Below are positions 29,265 to 38,598 of a DNA stretch of 64,000 bases, in pieces. The stretch spans positions 12,777-76,776 of the forward strand of contig JABIEQ010000002.1 of NCBI GenBank assembly GCA_018651085.1. The letters are read 5' to 3'. The notes beneath the pieces are model-generated. The model made no database searches and was not told the DNA's origin. It saw only the letters and a program-made list of their open reading frames with translations. A program made the position numbers and the translations under genes. The DNA is from Candidatus Magasanikiibacteriota bacterium. GTDB lineage: Bacteria > Patescibacteriota > Patescibacteriia > Magasanikbacterales > UBA922. The stretch's first letter is position 1. Each line of letters starts with the position of its first letter.

Positions 29265-30260
29265 GTGTGTCTTATGGCGAAGCCTATTGTTTTTTCTGGC
29301 ATTCAACCGACAGGAAATCTTCATATTGGGAATTATCTTGGGGCAATTAAACCTCTTGTAGAGCTTCAAAATAGTGGAGAATACGATGTATATTACTTTA
29401 TTGCTGATTTGCATTCTCTTACTGGAAATATGGATGCAACAGAGCGTAAAGAAAAGATTTTACATATTGCAGCTGAACTTATTGCTTGTGGTATTGATCC
29501 GAAAAAGACGACTCTTTTTGTGCAATCTCATGTAGAAGGGCATGCTGAACTTGCGTGGATATTTAATACTGTTACACCTGTAGCAGAGCTTGAGCGAATG
29601 ACTCAGTTTAAAGATAAATCAAGTGATCAACAAAAGAAAAATGTGAATGTTGGTCTTTTTACGTATCCAGTACTTCAGGCTGCTGATATTCTTTTGTATC
29701 ATGGAACACGTATTCCTGTAGGGGAAGATCAAAAACAGCATGTTGAGTTAACAAGAAATATTGCACGTTGGTTTAATAATCGGTATGGAGAATATTTTTC
29801 TGAGCCAGAAGTATTGTTGACTGAAACCCCTCGTATTAAAAGTTTACTTGAACCTACAAAAAAGATGAGTAAAAGTAAAGGAGCGAATCATGTGATTGAA
29901 CTTGCTGATGCTCCAGCTGTTCTTGAAAAGAAAATAAAAAAGGCTGTTACAGCGAGTGAAGGTGGAGGTTCGTCTGTTGGTGTTGAAAACTTATTATTGT
30001 TACTTTCATATTTTGGTTCGGTTGATGATCACAAGAGATTCGTAGAGGAAGAGAAAAGTGGTTCTATTAAATATGGAGAGTTAAAAGAAACGTTAAGTGT
30101 GTCAATTGGATCCTATTTTGCTTCGTTTCGTGAAAAGCGTGATGAGTTGATGCAAGATCATAATGCCTTGGCAGCTATTCTCGTTGATGGGGCAAAAAAA
30201 GCACAAGCTGCTGCAAGTGACACTATTGAAGAAGTACGTCGTTTAGTTGGTATTCGTTAA
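29265..30260 (+). CDS. trpS: tryptophanyl-tRNA synthetase
   Basis: GIQPTGNLHIGNYLGAI (HIGH), KMSKS, 331 aa; alternative ATG at 29274. Confidence 0.9.
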   Translation: MCLMAKPIVFSGIQPTGNLHIGNYLGAIKPLVELQNSGEYDVYYFIADLHSLTGNMDATERKEKILHIAAELIACGIDPKKTTLFVQSHVEGHAELAWIFNTVTPVAELERMTQFKDKSSDQQKKNVNVGLFTYPVLQAADILLYHGTRIPVGEDQKQHVELTRNIARWFNNRYGEYFSEPEVLLTETPRIKSLLEPTKKMSKSKGANHVIELADAPAVLEKKIKKAVTASEGGGSSVGVENLLLLLSYFGSVDDHKRFVEEEKSGSIKYGELKETLSVSIGSYFASFREKRDELMQDHNALAAILVDGAKKAQAAASDTIEEVRRLVGIR

Positions 30261-30292
30261 ATAATCTATTTATTTTTTAATATATTTTCTTT

Positions 30293-30805
30293 ATGGAAAG
30301 AAAGGAAAAAGGAAGTGGTAATGGATGGAGTTTTATCCTCTCTATGGTTTTTGGGCTTCTTGTTGCAATAGGCATTTATTATCTTCTTCCTGGAAGTATT
30401 CATGACCTTCGGGATATTCATGTATTTGAATTTATTATCTTAGCACTTGCGGTATTTCGACTTACTCGTTTACTTGTTTACGATAAGGTTGCTCAATATA
30501 TTAGAGATCTCTTTTTAAACACTGAAGAAGAGCATTTTAAAGGGTCTGGTATGATGTATGTCGTTCGGACAAAGCCTGCAACAGGATTTCGTCGTTTGAT
30601 GTCAGATTTATTTAGCTGTCCATGGTGTATTGGTGTTTGGTCATCATTATTTACCGTGTTTATTTATTTTAAATGGCCTGAGACATGGTTTATTTGGTTG
30701 CTTCTTGCTGTTGCTGGAGTATCTTCATTTGTACAACTTACCATCAACCTTATTGGTTGGCATGCAGAGCATAGAAAGCTCATGGTAAAGAATATGGATA
30801 AGTAA
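30293..30805 (+). CDS. DUF1360-like membrane protein
   Basis: TM helices and CPWCIGVW motif; 170 aa. Confidence 0.45.
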   Translation: MERKEKGSGNGWSFILSMVFGLLVAIGIYYLLPGSIHDLRDIHVFEFIILALAVFRLTRLLVYDKVAQYIRDLFLNTEEEHFKGSGMMYVVRTKPATGFRRLMSDLFSCPWCIGVWSSLFTVFIYFKWPETWFIWLLLAVAGVSSFVQLTINLIGWHAEHRKLMVKNMDK

Positions 30806-30821
30806 TTTATTGTATTAAAAA

Positions 30822-30847
30822 AGGCCTCCATTATGGAGGCCTTTTTT
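30822..30847. terminator. bidirectional intrinsic terminator
   Basis: aaaaaaggcctccattatggaggcctttttt. Confidence 0.7.
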
Positions 30848-30853
30848 GTTGTG

Positions 30854-30927
30854 TGCACCCGGCAGGACTCGAACCTACAACCTTCTGGTCCGAAGCCAGA
30901 CGCTCTATCCAGTTGAACTACGGGTGC
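30854..30927 (-). tRNA. tRNA-Arg (anticodon TCG)
   Basis: Reverse complement GCACCCGTAGTTCAACTGGATAGAGCGTCTGGCTTCGGACCAGAAGGTTGTAGGTTCGAGTCCTGCCGGGTGCA; anticodon loop CUUCGGA. Confidence 0.85.
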
Positions 30928-30931
30928 ATTG

Positions 30932-31004
30932 TGCGCCGTGGGGGATTCGAACCCTCGACCGTTTGGTTAAGAGCCAACTGCTCTACCAACTGAGCTAACG
31001 GCGC
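30932..31004 (-). tRNA. tRNA-Lys (anticodon CTT)
   Basis: Reverse complement GCGCCGTTAGCTCAGTTGGTAGAGCAGTTGGCTCTTAACCAAACGGTCGAGGGTTCGAATCCCCCACGGCGCA; anticodon loop CUCUUAA. Confidence 0.85.
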
Positions 31005-31014
31005 GTGTGTGGTG

Positions 31015-31776
31015 TTACCCAATTGGGTCACCAATTTTTCTTTCTACCATTTCTATTTTTGGTCCTTTCCACTTTTTAATATTGAGGGCAACTTCTGCGG
31101 CATCAATTTGTGCTTCTTGTTTACTTCCACCATTTCCTTCTGCAATTTTTTCTTTATCTAGGTAAACGCCTACAACAAATTGTTTTTCGTGATCTGGCCC
31201 TTCTTCTTTTAGCACTCTATATGTTGGAGTAACACCAACAATTTCTTGAGAGGCTTCTTGAAAACGAGATTTTGGATCCATCCATAATCCATGTTCTAGA
31301 ATATGTGGAAGTTTACTAATGACCCATCGATTGATAAATTGTTTTGAGATATCCCAACCTTGATCAAGGTAAATTGCCCCGATGACTGCTTCTACTGCAT
31401 TTGCAAGGATGTAGTCACGTGCTTTTTGGCTGGTATCTTTTGATTCACCACGAGAGAGGAATAGATATGGTTCAAGTCCCATTTCTTTTGCGACTTCAGC
31501 ACAGTTTTTTCCGTTTACCATGGCAGCTCGCCAGTTGGTAAGTTCTCCTTCGGGGTTAAGATATGTTTCAAAAAGAAATTCTGTGACAACGAGTTCGAGC
31601 ACAGCATCTCCTAAAAATTCAAGGCGTTCATTATGTCCAAGAGCAAAGTCTCTGTTTTCATTAAGAAATGATCGGTGTACTAATGCTTGGACAATATAAT
31701 TTTTATTGTCGAATGTGACGCCTATAGCGTCTTCAAGAGTTGAAAATTTTCTTTCTTCGTATGCGTCAATTTGCAT
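31015..31776 (-). CDS. rnc: ribonuclease III
   Basis: RNase III signature ERLEFLGDAVLELVVTEF and C-terminal dsRBD; ORF track extends to 31908 from a GTG start and would overlap nusB; an internal ATG is preferred. Confidence 0.8.
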   Translation of the reverse strand: MQIDAYEERKFSTLEDAIGVTFDNKNYIVQALVHRSFLNENRDFALGHNERLEFLGDAVLELVVTEFLFETYLNPEGELTNWRAAMVNGKNCAEVAKEMGLEPYLFLSRGESKDTSQKARDYILANAVEAVIGAIYLDQGWDISKQFINRWVISKLPHILEHGLWMDPKSRFQEASQEIVGVTPTYRVLKEEGPDHEKQFVVGVYLDKEKIAEGNGGSKQEAQIDAAEVALNIKKWKGPKIEMVERKIGDPIG

Positions 31777-31852
31777 AGGTTTACAATATTGTGTCACCTG
31801 CACAGGTGAGCGACCTGTCATATCCCTGTCGCTCACGTCGTAAGATGACGAA

Positions 31853-32299
31853 TTATTCCTTTGTTTGTTTGGTGTCTTTTTTATCTTTGATTTCTTTGTA
31901 AATTGCACCTAAGATACCATTTACAAATTTTCCTGATGATGGACCACCGAATGTTTTTGCTATTTCTATACTTTCATTAATGGCAACCTTTGCTGGGATG
32001 TCTGCATTAATAATAAGTTCGTAAATACCAATACGAAGGGTGTTTCTATCTATAACAGTGATTTGGTCAATTGGCCAATTCGTTGCGTACGCCGAAATTG
32101 TTTGATCAATTTTTTCAAGATGATCAATAATATTGTGTACGGTCTCTCGTACGTATGTTTTGTTGTCTTTCAAACCGACTCCAAATTCCTCGATCATTTG
32201 ATCGATAATTGCATCAATTGCACCAGTTGGTCTTTTTTTAAAATCCCACTGGTATAGTGTTTGCATGACAATGGTTCTGGCCAGGTGTCGGTTTGACAT
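31853..32299 (-). CDS. nusB: transcription antitermination factor NusB
   Basis: [20 protein letters not shown]... typical NusB N-terminus; 148 aa; upstream of rnc. Confidence 0.8.
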   Translation of the reverse strand: MSNRHLARTIVMQTLYQWDFKKRPTGAIDAIIDQMIEEFGVGLKDNKTYVRETVHNIIDHLEKIDQTISAYATNWPIDQITVIDRNTLRIGIYELIINADIPAKVAINESIEIAKTFGGPSSGKFVNGILGAIYKEIKDKKDTKQTKE

Positions 32300-32316
32300 A
32301 GACGAGAGTATATCTG

Positions 32317-32529
32317 TTATGAGATAGCTTTAAGTTTTTTCACACGTCGTACGGTTCTTTTCGCAACGTCTTTCGCTTGTTTCCCACGGTATTTTCCAGT
32401 TAGTGGAGTTGCGTGGTGGGGAAGATGTGCGTTTCCCTCTTCATCCTTGTGGATAGTAAGAGGTTTTAACCCGTGATGTGATCGTCTGGTTCCAGTTCTA
32501 CTTCTGCTGGTTCCTTTTGTAGGTTTCAT
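32317..32529 (-). CDS. rpmF: 50S ribosomal protein L32
   Basis: [22 protein letters not shown]...[17 protein letters not shown] matches L32 consensus (...SRRxxRRSHxAL...HHxT..G.YRGK). Confidence 0.65.
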   Translation of the reverse strand: MKPTKGTSRSRTGTRRSHHGLKPLTIHKDEEGNAHLPHHATPLTGKYRGKQAKDVAKRTVRRVKKLKAIS

Positions 32530-32699
32530 ACAACGAGGGTTCTAATTAGCAATAAACTGGGCTTAGTATAGCCTATAAGGTTATAAAAATCAAGCCCTGT
32601 TGTGTGTGGTTGCGTATTTGGCCGATTTTGGGTATTATGAGAGCAGTATTTTCGACTATTTTTCATAAAAAGTCTTTTATTTAAGCTATTTCTTCACGC

Positions 32700-33275
32700 A
32701 TGAAACATTCATGGAGTCATCGATTGTTTTTGGCTATTAATGCCTATGTTGGCCGTTATCCTGCTTTTGACAAGGCTATGATTTTTGGTGCAAGATGGGG
32801 AATTGCTGTTCTTTTGCTATTTGTGATCATTTTTGGGTTTGTATTTGTCTCTATTGGTGAGGTATATCTAGGTGTAGCCTTCTTATTGCAACTGAGTTTC
32901 ATTTCGTTTTTTGGTCTTGTGATTAGCTGGGCAATAGGATCATTATCTCCACACAGGCGACCAATTATTGAAATGCCCTCTATTCGCCAACTTATTACCC
33001 CTTTTGGCACTTGGAAATCATTTCCGTCAGATCATACGATGCTTTCCTTTATTTTTGTCTTGGTATTTATTTTCACCTTTTCTGTTCAATGGTACATTGT
33101 ACTCGCTCTTTTTATGTGGGCTATATTTGTGTCTTTTTCTCGAGTATTTGTTGGTGTACACTATCCACGAGACCTTGTTGGTGGATTTATACTTGCATTA
33201 GTGTGTTCGTTATTTTTTCATTCATTATTTTTTGGAACACTCCATACGTTATTTATTTCGTTTTTGATTCGATAG
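32700..33275 (+). CDS. PAP2-family membrane phosphatase (undecaprenyl-diphosphate/lipid phosphatase-like)
   Basis: PAP2 motifs PSDHT and SRVFVGVHYPRD; 5-6 TM. Confidence 0.7.
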   Translation: MKHSWSHRLFLAINAYVGRYPAFDKAMIFGARWGIAVLLLFVIIFGFVFVSIGEVYLGVAFLLQLSFISFFGLVISWAIGSLSPHRRPIIEMPSIRQLITPFGTWKSFPSDHTMLSFIFVLVFIFTFSVQWYIVLALFMWAIFVSFSRVFVGVHYPRDLVGGFILALVCSLFFHSLFFGTLHTLFISFLIR

Positions 33276-33278
33276 TAT

Positions 33279-34331
33279 ATGCATGTTGTTATTTTTGCAG
33301 GAGGAGCTGGTACCCGCTTGTGGCCACTGTCACGAAGAAATTCTCCGAAACAATTTTCTATATTTAAAGATGGAAAATCAACACTTCAAATGGCGATTGA
33401 TCGTGTTCGTTCTTTTGGGTTTGATCACATGTATCTTTCAACAAATGAGGCGTATATTGATTTAGTACGTACACAAGTTCCCGAATTACCCGTTGATCAC
33501 ATTTTTTCTGAACCAGCGAAACGAGATTTAGGTGCTGCCGTTGGGCTTACGCTTTCTCGTATGCGTGCGCGTGGAGTAAAGGGACCAATTGCAATGCTTT
33601 GGGCAGATCATTTTATGGATTATCCTGATCGTTTTGTTGATGCACTTACTCGTGCAAAGAGTCTTATTGAAGAAAAATCTGATCGATTTATTTTTCTTGG
33701 TGAAACTCCTCGATTTGCTAACCATAACTTGGGTTGGATTCATGTAGGAGATGAGATTGATGCAGGTTTACACGCATTTTCTTCTTGGAAATATCGACCA
33801 GAGCTTGGTGAGTGTAAAGATATGTTTGCGTCAAAAGAATGGTTATGGAATCCTGGGTATTTTGTATTTGATATTGATTTTGTGCTTGGGCTATATGAAT
33901 TGCATATGCTTGAGATGTATACGGCGCTTCAAAATATGGTGGCGGACGACGCATTACTTCAAAAAGAATATGCACAATTGCCTGCCATGTCTTTTGATAA
34001 TGCTATAGTTGAAAAAATTCGTGAAGACCAAGCCGTTGTGTTAAAAGTTGATTTAGGGTGGAGTGATCCTGGAACATTGTATGCACTAAAGGAAGCATTA
34101 TCTTCAAGTGTTGAAAGTAATGTTACCCGTGGAGAGGTTATTACTCTTGATACTTCTGATTCACTTATTTATAACGAAGAAGAAGGTATTATTGTTACGA
34201 CTATTGGTGTTCAAGGACTTGTGGTGGTGAATACGAAGGATGCTGTTCTTGTGTGTCCAAAAGATCGTGTTCCTGAAATTAAAACATTACTTAAAGAGAT
34301 TGAGCGTGAAGGAAAAAAACAGTATTTATAA
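33279..34331 (+). CDS. mannose-1-phosphate guanylyltransferase-like sugar nucleotidyltransferase
   Basis: N-terminal VIFAGGAGTRLWPLSR nucleotidyltransferase motif; 350 aa. Confidence 0.7.
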   Translation: MHVVIFAGGAGTRLWPLSRRNSPKQFSIFKDGKSTLQMAIDRVRSFGFDHMYLSTNEAYIDLVRTQVPELPVDHIFSEPAKRDLGAAVGLTLSRMRARGVKGPIAMLWADHFMDYPDRFVDALTRAKSLIEEKSDRFIFLGETPRFANHNLGWIHVGDEIDAGLHAFSSWKYRPELGECKDMFASKEWLWNPGYFVFDIDFVLGLYELHMLEMYTALQNMVADDALLQKEYAQLPAMSFDNAIVEKIREDQAVVLKVDLGWSDPGTLYALKEALSSSVESNVTRGEVITLDTSDSLIYNEEEGIIVTTIGVQGLVVVNTKDAVLVCPKDRVPEIKTLLKEIEREGKKQYL

Positions 34332-34333
34332 AT

Positions 34334-35380
34334 ATGGCAGATCGCTTTCATAAATTTATCGGGCTTTGTGTTGTCGTGTTGTGTATTTTTGTATGCGTAT
34401 ACATGTTATTTGCGTTGTTTTTTCAATCATCAAAAAAGGATGGAATAAGTTTTGATGTGTTTGAAGGAGAAAGTGTCGCCGCACTTTCTACGCGGCTTTT
34501 TGAAGAAGGCGTTATCTTACATCCACAATTTTTTCGTCGGTATGTTGCGTTTAAAGATATAGATCGAAAAATCCATACTGGGACATTTTTTGTTGAAGGA
34601 AAAGTGACTATTCAAGGTGTTGCTAATGCACTTGCAACGGTTGCAACACGAGAAGAACGATCAATTACGATTATTCCAGGATGGAATGTACGAGATGTTG
34701 CAGCGTATATTGAAAAAGAAGATATCGGTACGAAAAAACAAGTGTATGCATTGTTGGGTGAACCTCTTTCTAGAAATGTCTTCGCCGCAGGGACTCCATC
34801 ATTAGGAAATACGTTAACACTTATTTCTCATAAACCAGGAGACCTTGGATTTGAAGGGTATCTTGCTCCAGATACGTATCGCGTTTTTTCTGATGCAACG
34901 CTTGAAGATATATTTGAAAAATTATTAATTCATCGTGATGCGCAGTTTACAGATACGATGTATGCAGACATTAAACAAAGTGGTCGTACCGTCCATGAAG
35001 TTATGGTCCTTGCAAGTATTTTAGAACGGGAAGTACGAACAGACGTGGATCGTGCGATTGTTGCTGATTTATTTTGGCGTCGGTATGATCTTGGGTGGGC
35101 GCTTCAAGCTGATTCAACAGTGCACTATGTTGTTGGAACGAATGGAAGTGTATTTACAACTCCAAAAGATCGTGATACTGACTCACTTTGGAATACGTAT
35201 GAATACCCAGGATTGCCTCCTGGTCCAATTTCTTTTCCAAGCCTTTCCTCTATTCAAGCTGCAATTTATCCTCAATCAAATGAGTATTGGTACTTTTTAA
35301 CAACGCTTGATACGGGGGATGTAAAGTATGCAAAGACCCTTGAAGGACATAATCGTAATGTTGCAACCTATTTGCGCTAA
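34334..35380 (+). CDS. mltG: endolytic murein transglycosylase MltG (YceG-like)
   Basis: N-terminal TM, YceG-like domain (GLPPGPISFPS near C-terminus). Confidence 0.65.
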   Translation: MADRFHKFIGLCVVVLCIFVCVYMLFALFFQSSKKDGISFDVFEGESVAALSTRLFEEGVILHPQFFRRYVAFKDIDRKIHTGTFFVEGKVTIQGVANALATVATREERSITIIPGWNVRDVAAYIEKEDIGTKKQVYALLGEPLSRNVFAAGTPSLGNTLTLISHKPGDLGFEGYLAPDTYRVFSDATLEDIFEKLLIHRDAQFTDTMYADIKQSGRTVHEVMVLASILEREVRTDVDRAIVADLFWRRYDLGWALQADSTVHYVVGTNGSVFTTPKDRDTDSLWNTYEYPGLPPGPISFPSLSSIQAAIYPQSNEYWYFLTTLDTGDVKYAKTLEGHNRNVATYLR

Positions 35381-35408
35381 TAGATAAGGAAAGATATAGT
35401 AGTATTGT

Positions 35409-35945
35409 ATGTTACCAATACAGCTTCCAGAACATGTACGGAGTCTTTTTGAAGGGCAGTTTCCTGTCCCTGTGGTTGATATTGCGACAGCACTTGATAT
35501 AAAGATGTATACGACTGATGATTTATCACCGAGTCAGTCGGGGGTTATTGTAAAAGAACAAGAAGATTATACTATTGTGGTAAATGAAACCCATTCTCCT
35601 GAGCGTATTCGTTTTACTGTGGCACATGAAATTGGCCATTTTTTAATGCATAAAGATATCCTTGATGAACAGCGTTCTTTTATTAGTGATATTAAGCAGC
35701 CAGCATTCTTACATGACGCAGAGGGGGCTATGCACAGAGCTCATGATCACCGGTTACCTTCGAAAGATCGCACGCTTGAGTTAGAAGCTAATAAATTTGC
35801 CGCTGACTTACTCATGCCGAAAGAACAGTTTACTAAAGTATGGGATGTATCGAATACTATTGATGAGGTTGCTGCTTTTTTTAATGTATCTATTAGTGCT
35901 GCAACGGTTCGTGGTGAGCAAGTGCTTAATTCATTTATGGTGTAA
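35409..35945 (+). CDS. ImmA/IrrE-family (DUF955) zinc metallopeptidase
   Basis: HEIGH motif (VAHEIGHFLMH) in a DUF955-like context; 178 aa. Confidence 0.65.
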   Translation: MLPIQLPEHVRSLFEGQFPVPVVDIATALDIKMYTTDDLSPSQSGVIVKEQEDYTIVVNETHSPERIRFTVAHEIGHFLMHKDILDEQRSFISDIKQPAFLHDAEGAMHRAHDHRLPSKDRTLELEANKFAADLLMPKEQFTKVWDVSNTIDEVAAFFNVSISAATVRGEQVLNSFMV

Positions 35946-35952
35946 GGGGGAT

Positions 35953-36264
35953 ATGGTAGACAAACAGAACATTTCTCCTCGGTTAAAAAAAGGGTTTGAA
36001 ACTGAGGGAGAACTTGTTGAAAAACAACGTATTAATAATTTTCATCGTAACCAAAGTGTTCATAATGCTATGAATCGGGTGCTTATTTTAGGGGTGTATG
36101 TTATTCCTACTGTCGGTGTTTGTTTATTTTTGTATGTGCTTGTGCAGTGGGTTGCTGCAGGGGAGCTTGATAAGGTAGAAACCATGATGTGGGCAGTATT
36201 TGGCTTTTTAGGGGGAATGCTTGCTGATTATCTTGTTGTTCGTGGGCTACGAAAAGATCGATAG
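35953..36264 (+). CDS. small two-TM membrane protein (partner of ImmA-like gene)
   Basis: 103 aa, charged N-terminal half then two hydrophobic helices; ORF track merges it with an upstream out-of-frame overlap. Confidence 0.4.
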   Translation: MVDKQNISPRLKKGFETEGELVEKQRINNFHRNQSVHNAMNRVLILGVYVIPTVGVCLFLYVLVQWVAAGELDKVETMMWAVFGFLGGMLADYLVVRGLRKDR

Positions 36265-36346
36265 AAGGAATATATTGAGCTATCTTTACACCTTTTACTT
36301 TTACTGGTATTCTGTAGAGAATACTTTTTATTTTTAGATACATTTT

Positions 36347-37483
36347 ATGGATCCGATTGCATATCATAAGAAATTAGGGGGAAAGATTGAGGTGATTTCT
36401 CGCGCAAAAGTAGAGCGTCCTGAAGATTTGAGTGTAGCGTATACCCCTGGTGTTGCTGAACCTTGCTTGGCAATTCAAAAAGATCCATCATTAGTGTACG
36501 AATATACGAGAAAACATAATATGGTTGCTGTTGTGACTGATGGAAGTGCGGTGTTAGGACTTGGAAATATTGGACCAGAAGCGAGTCTTCCTGTTATGGA
36601 AGGAAAGGCCTTACTTTTTAAAGAGTTTGCTGATGTTGATGCATTTCCTATTGCTCTTACGACGCAAGACACTGATGAAATCATTGAAACTATTGTACGT
36701 ATTTCTCCTATGTTTGGTGGAATAAATTTAGAAGACATTTCAGCTCCACGATGTTTCGAAATTGAAAGACGGTTACAAGAACGATTGAATATTCCAGTGT
36801 TTCATGATGATCAACATGGAACGGCAATTGTAGTGTTAGCTGGTCTTTATAATGCACTTAAAGTAGTATCAAAAAATATTGAAGACATTGTTGTTGTTAT
36901 GAGTGGTGTCGGTGCTGCGGGAGTTGCTACAGCAAAGCTGCTTTTGGCTGCTGGAGTTAGTGATATTCGTCTTATTGATTCAAAAGGGCTTGTCTGTGAT
37001 GCGCGTACTGATCTTAATCCAGTGAAACAAGAATTACTTTCTCAAACAAATAAATCAAATATTTGTGGGGTAGCAGCCGATGCATTTAAAGGGGCTGATG
37101 TATTTATTGGTGTGAGTCGACCGGGTGTTGTTTCTTCTGACATGGTTCGGTCTATGGCAAAGGATCCTATTATTTTTGCCATGGCTAATCCAACACCAGA
37201 AATTATGCCAGACGAGGCGAAAGCTGCTGGTGCTGCTGTTGTTGCCACTGGACGAAGTGATTTTCCAAATCAAGTAAATAATGTTCTTGCATTTCCTGGG
37301 ATATTTCGAGGATTGTTTGATGCTAGAATTCCTCAAGTTACAAATGAAATGAAACTTGCTGTATCACGTGCGTTAGCGGAGTATGTTACAGATGTGTCAG
37401 CTGATTGCATTATGCCAAATCCGCTTGATAAGAATGTGTCACGCGTTGTTGCTGATGCAGTAAAGGCAATGAAAAACGTATAA
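36347..37483 (+). CDS. NAD(P)-dependent malic enzyme (short form)
   Basis: Malic enzyme N-terminal and NAD-binding domains (VTDGSAVLGLGNIGPEA..., GVGAAGVA). Confidence 0.8.
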   Translation: MDPIAYHKKLGGKIEVISRAKVERPEDLSVAYTPGVAEPCLAIQKDPSLVYEYTRKHNMVAVVTDGSAVLGLGNIGPEASLPVMEGKALLFKEFADVDAFPIALTTQDTDEIIETIVRISPMFGGINLEDISAPRCFEIERRLQERLNIPVFHDDQHGTAIVVLAGLYNALKVVSKNIEDIVVVMSGVGAAGVATAKLLLAAGVSDIRLIDSKGLVCDARTDLNPVKQELLSQTNKSNICGVAADAFKGADVFIGVSRPGVVSSDMVRSMAKDPIIFAMANPTPEIMPDEAKAAGAAVVATGRSDFPNQVNNVLAFPGIFRGLFDARIPQVTNEMKLAVSRALAEYVTDVSADCIMPNPLDKNVSRVVADAVKAMKNV

Positions 37484-37487
37484 TGTT

Positions 37488-38549
37488 ATGAAAACTGTTG
37501 ATTTTAATTATCACCTTCCGCAAGAACTTATTGCGCAATGCCCTATGGAGCCGCGAGATCATTCTCGGCTTATGATTGTTGATAAAGAACAACAGTCTCT
37601 TACGCATCGTCACTTTTATGACGTTGTTTCATTATTTCAAAAAGGGGATGTGCTTGTTTGGAATAATTCAAAAGTATTTAAAGCTCGATTGTCTGGTCAA
37701 TTAGTATCAAAAGACAATGAGCCACTTCGTGATCACGATAAGCCAGTTGAAATTTTCTTGGTTCGGCCAATGGAGAACGAAGGTGTGTGGAAAGTGCTTG
37801 CAAAGCCTGGAAAACATGTGAGACATGGAACAAGAGTAATTTTTGCTGATGATTTTTCGTGTGATGTGTTAGTGAAGGAACCAAATGGTACGTTACTTGT
37901 ACAGTTTCCTTATGATGAAAAAGAAGTTCGTCTTAAAGCGAATACATATGGACAAGTACCACTCCCTCCGTACGTAAAGGATGAAAAACATGCGCTTGAG
38001 TCATATCAGACAATGTATGCAAGTGATGATCATGAAGGATCTGTTGCTGCTCCTACTGCAGGGTTTCATTTTACTGATGACATTATTGATGCATTACAAA
38101 AAAAAGGTGTTATTTTTACTGATGTAACGCTTCATGTAGGTCTTGGTACGTTTCTTCCTGTGAAGACTGAAAAGCTTGATGATCATGTGATGCATGAAGA
38201 GTGGGTAGAATTATCTCAAGATACTGTTGATATTATTACAACAGCGAAAAAAGAAGGACGACGTGTTGTTGCTGTTGGTACAACGAGTGTTCGCGTATTA
38301 GAAGGAGTGCATGCCCTTTTAGGAAACCTTGTTCCATACGAGGGAGATATTGATGTATTTATTCGTCCAGGTTTTTCGTTTGATGTTGTTGATGCCTTAA
38401 TTACCAATTTTCATCTTCCAAAATCCACCCTTTTAATGCTTGTATCTAGTTTTGTTGGTAATATTGATTTTACATTGTCTTTTTACGAAGAAGCTGTTCG
38501 TGAGAAGTATCGATTTTTTAGTTTTGGGGACGCGATGTTTATTTCGTAG
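37488..38549 (+). CDS. queA: S-adenosylmethionine:tRNA ribosyltransferase-isomerase
   Basis: 353 aa QueA-like; adjacent convergent tgt. Confidence 0.75.
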   Translation: MKTVDFNYHLPQELIAQCPMEPRDHSRLMIVDKEQQSLTHRHFYDVVSLFQKGDVLVWNNSKVFKARLSGQLVSKDNEPLRDHDKPVEIFLVRPMENEGVWKVLAKPGKHVRHGTRVIFADDFSCDVLVKEPNGTLLVQFPYDEKEVRLKANTYGQVPLPPYVKDEKHALESYQTMYASDDHEGSVAAPTAGFHFTDDIIDALQKKGVIFTDVTLHVGLGTFLPVKTEKLDDHVMHEEWVELSQDTVDIITTAKKEGRRVVAVGTTSVRVLEGVHALLGNLVPYEGDIDVFIRPGFSFDVVDALITNFHLPKSTLLMLVSSFVGNIDFTLSFYEEAVREKYRFFSFGDAMFIS

Positions 38550-38572
38550 ATTGATATTTTTGACTATATAAA

Positions 38573-38598
38573 AAACAGCCCAACTGGGCTGTTTTTAG
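38573..38598. terminator. bidirectional intrinsic terminator between queA and tgt
   Basis: aaaaacagcccaactgggctgttttt. Confidence 0.7.

Noticed and set aside
35797-35952. 5' part of ORF 35797-36264 overlapping the ImmA-like gene
   Set aside because: Out-of-frame overlap with the well-supported ImmA/IrrE CDS; the plausible small gene starts at the internal ATG 35953.
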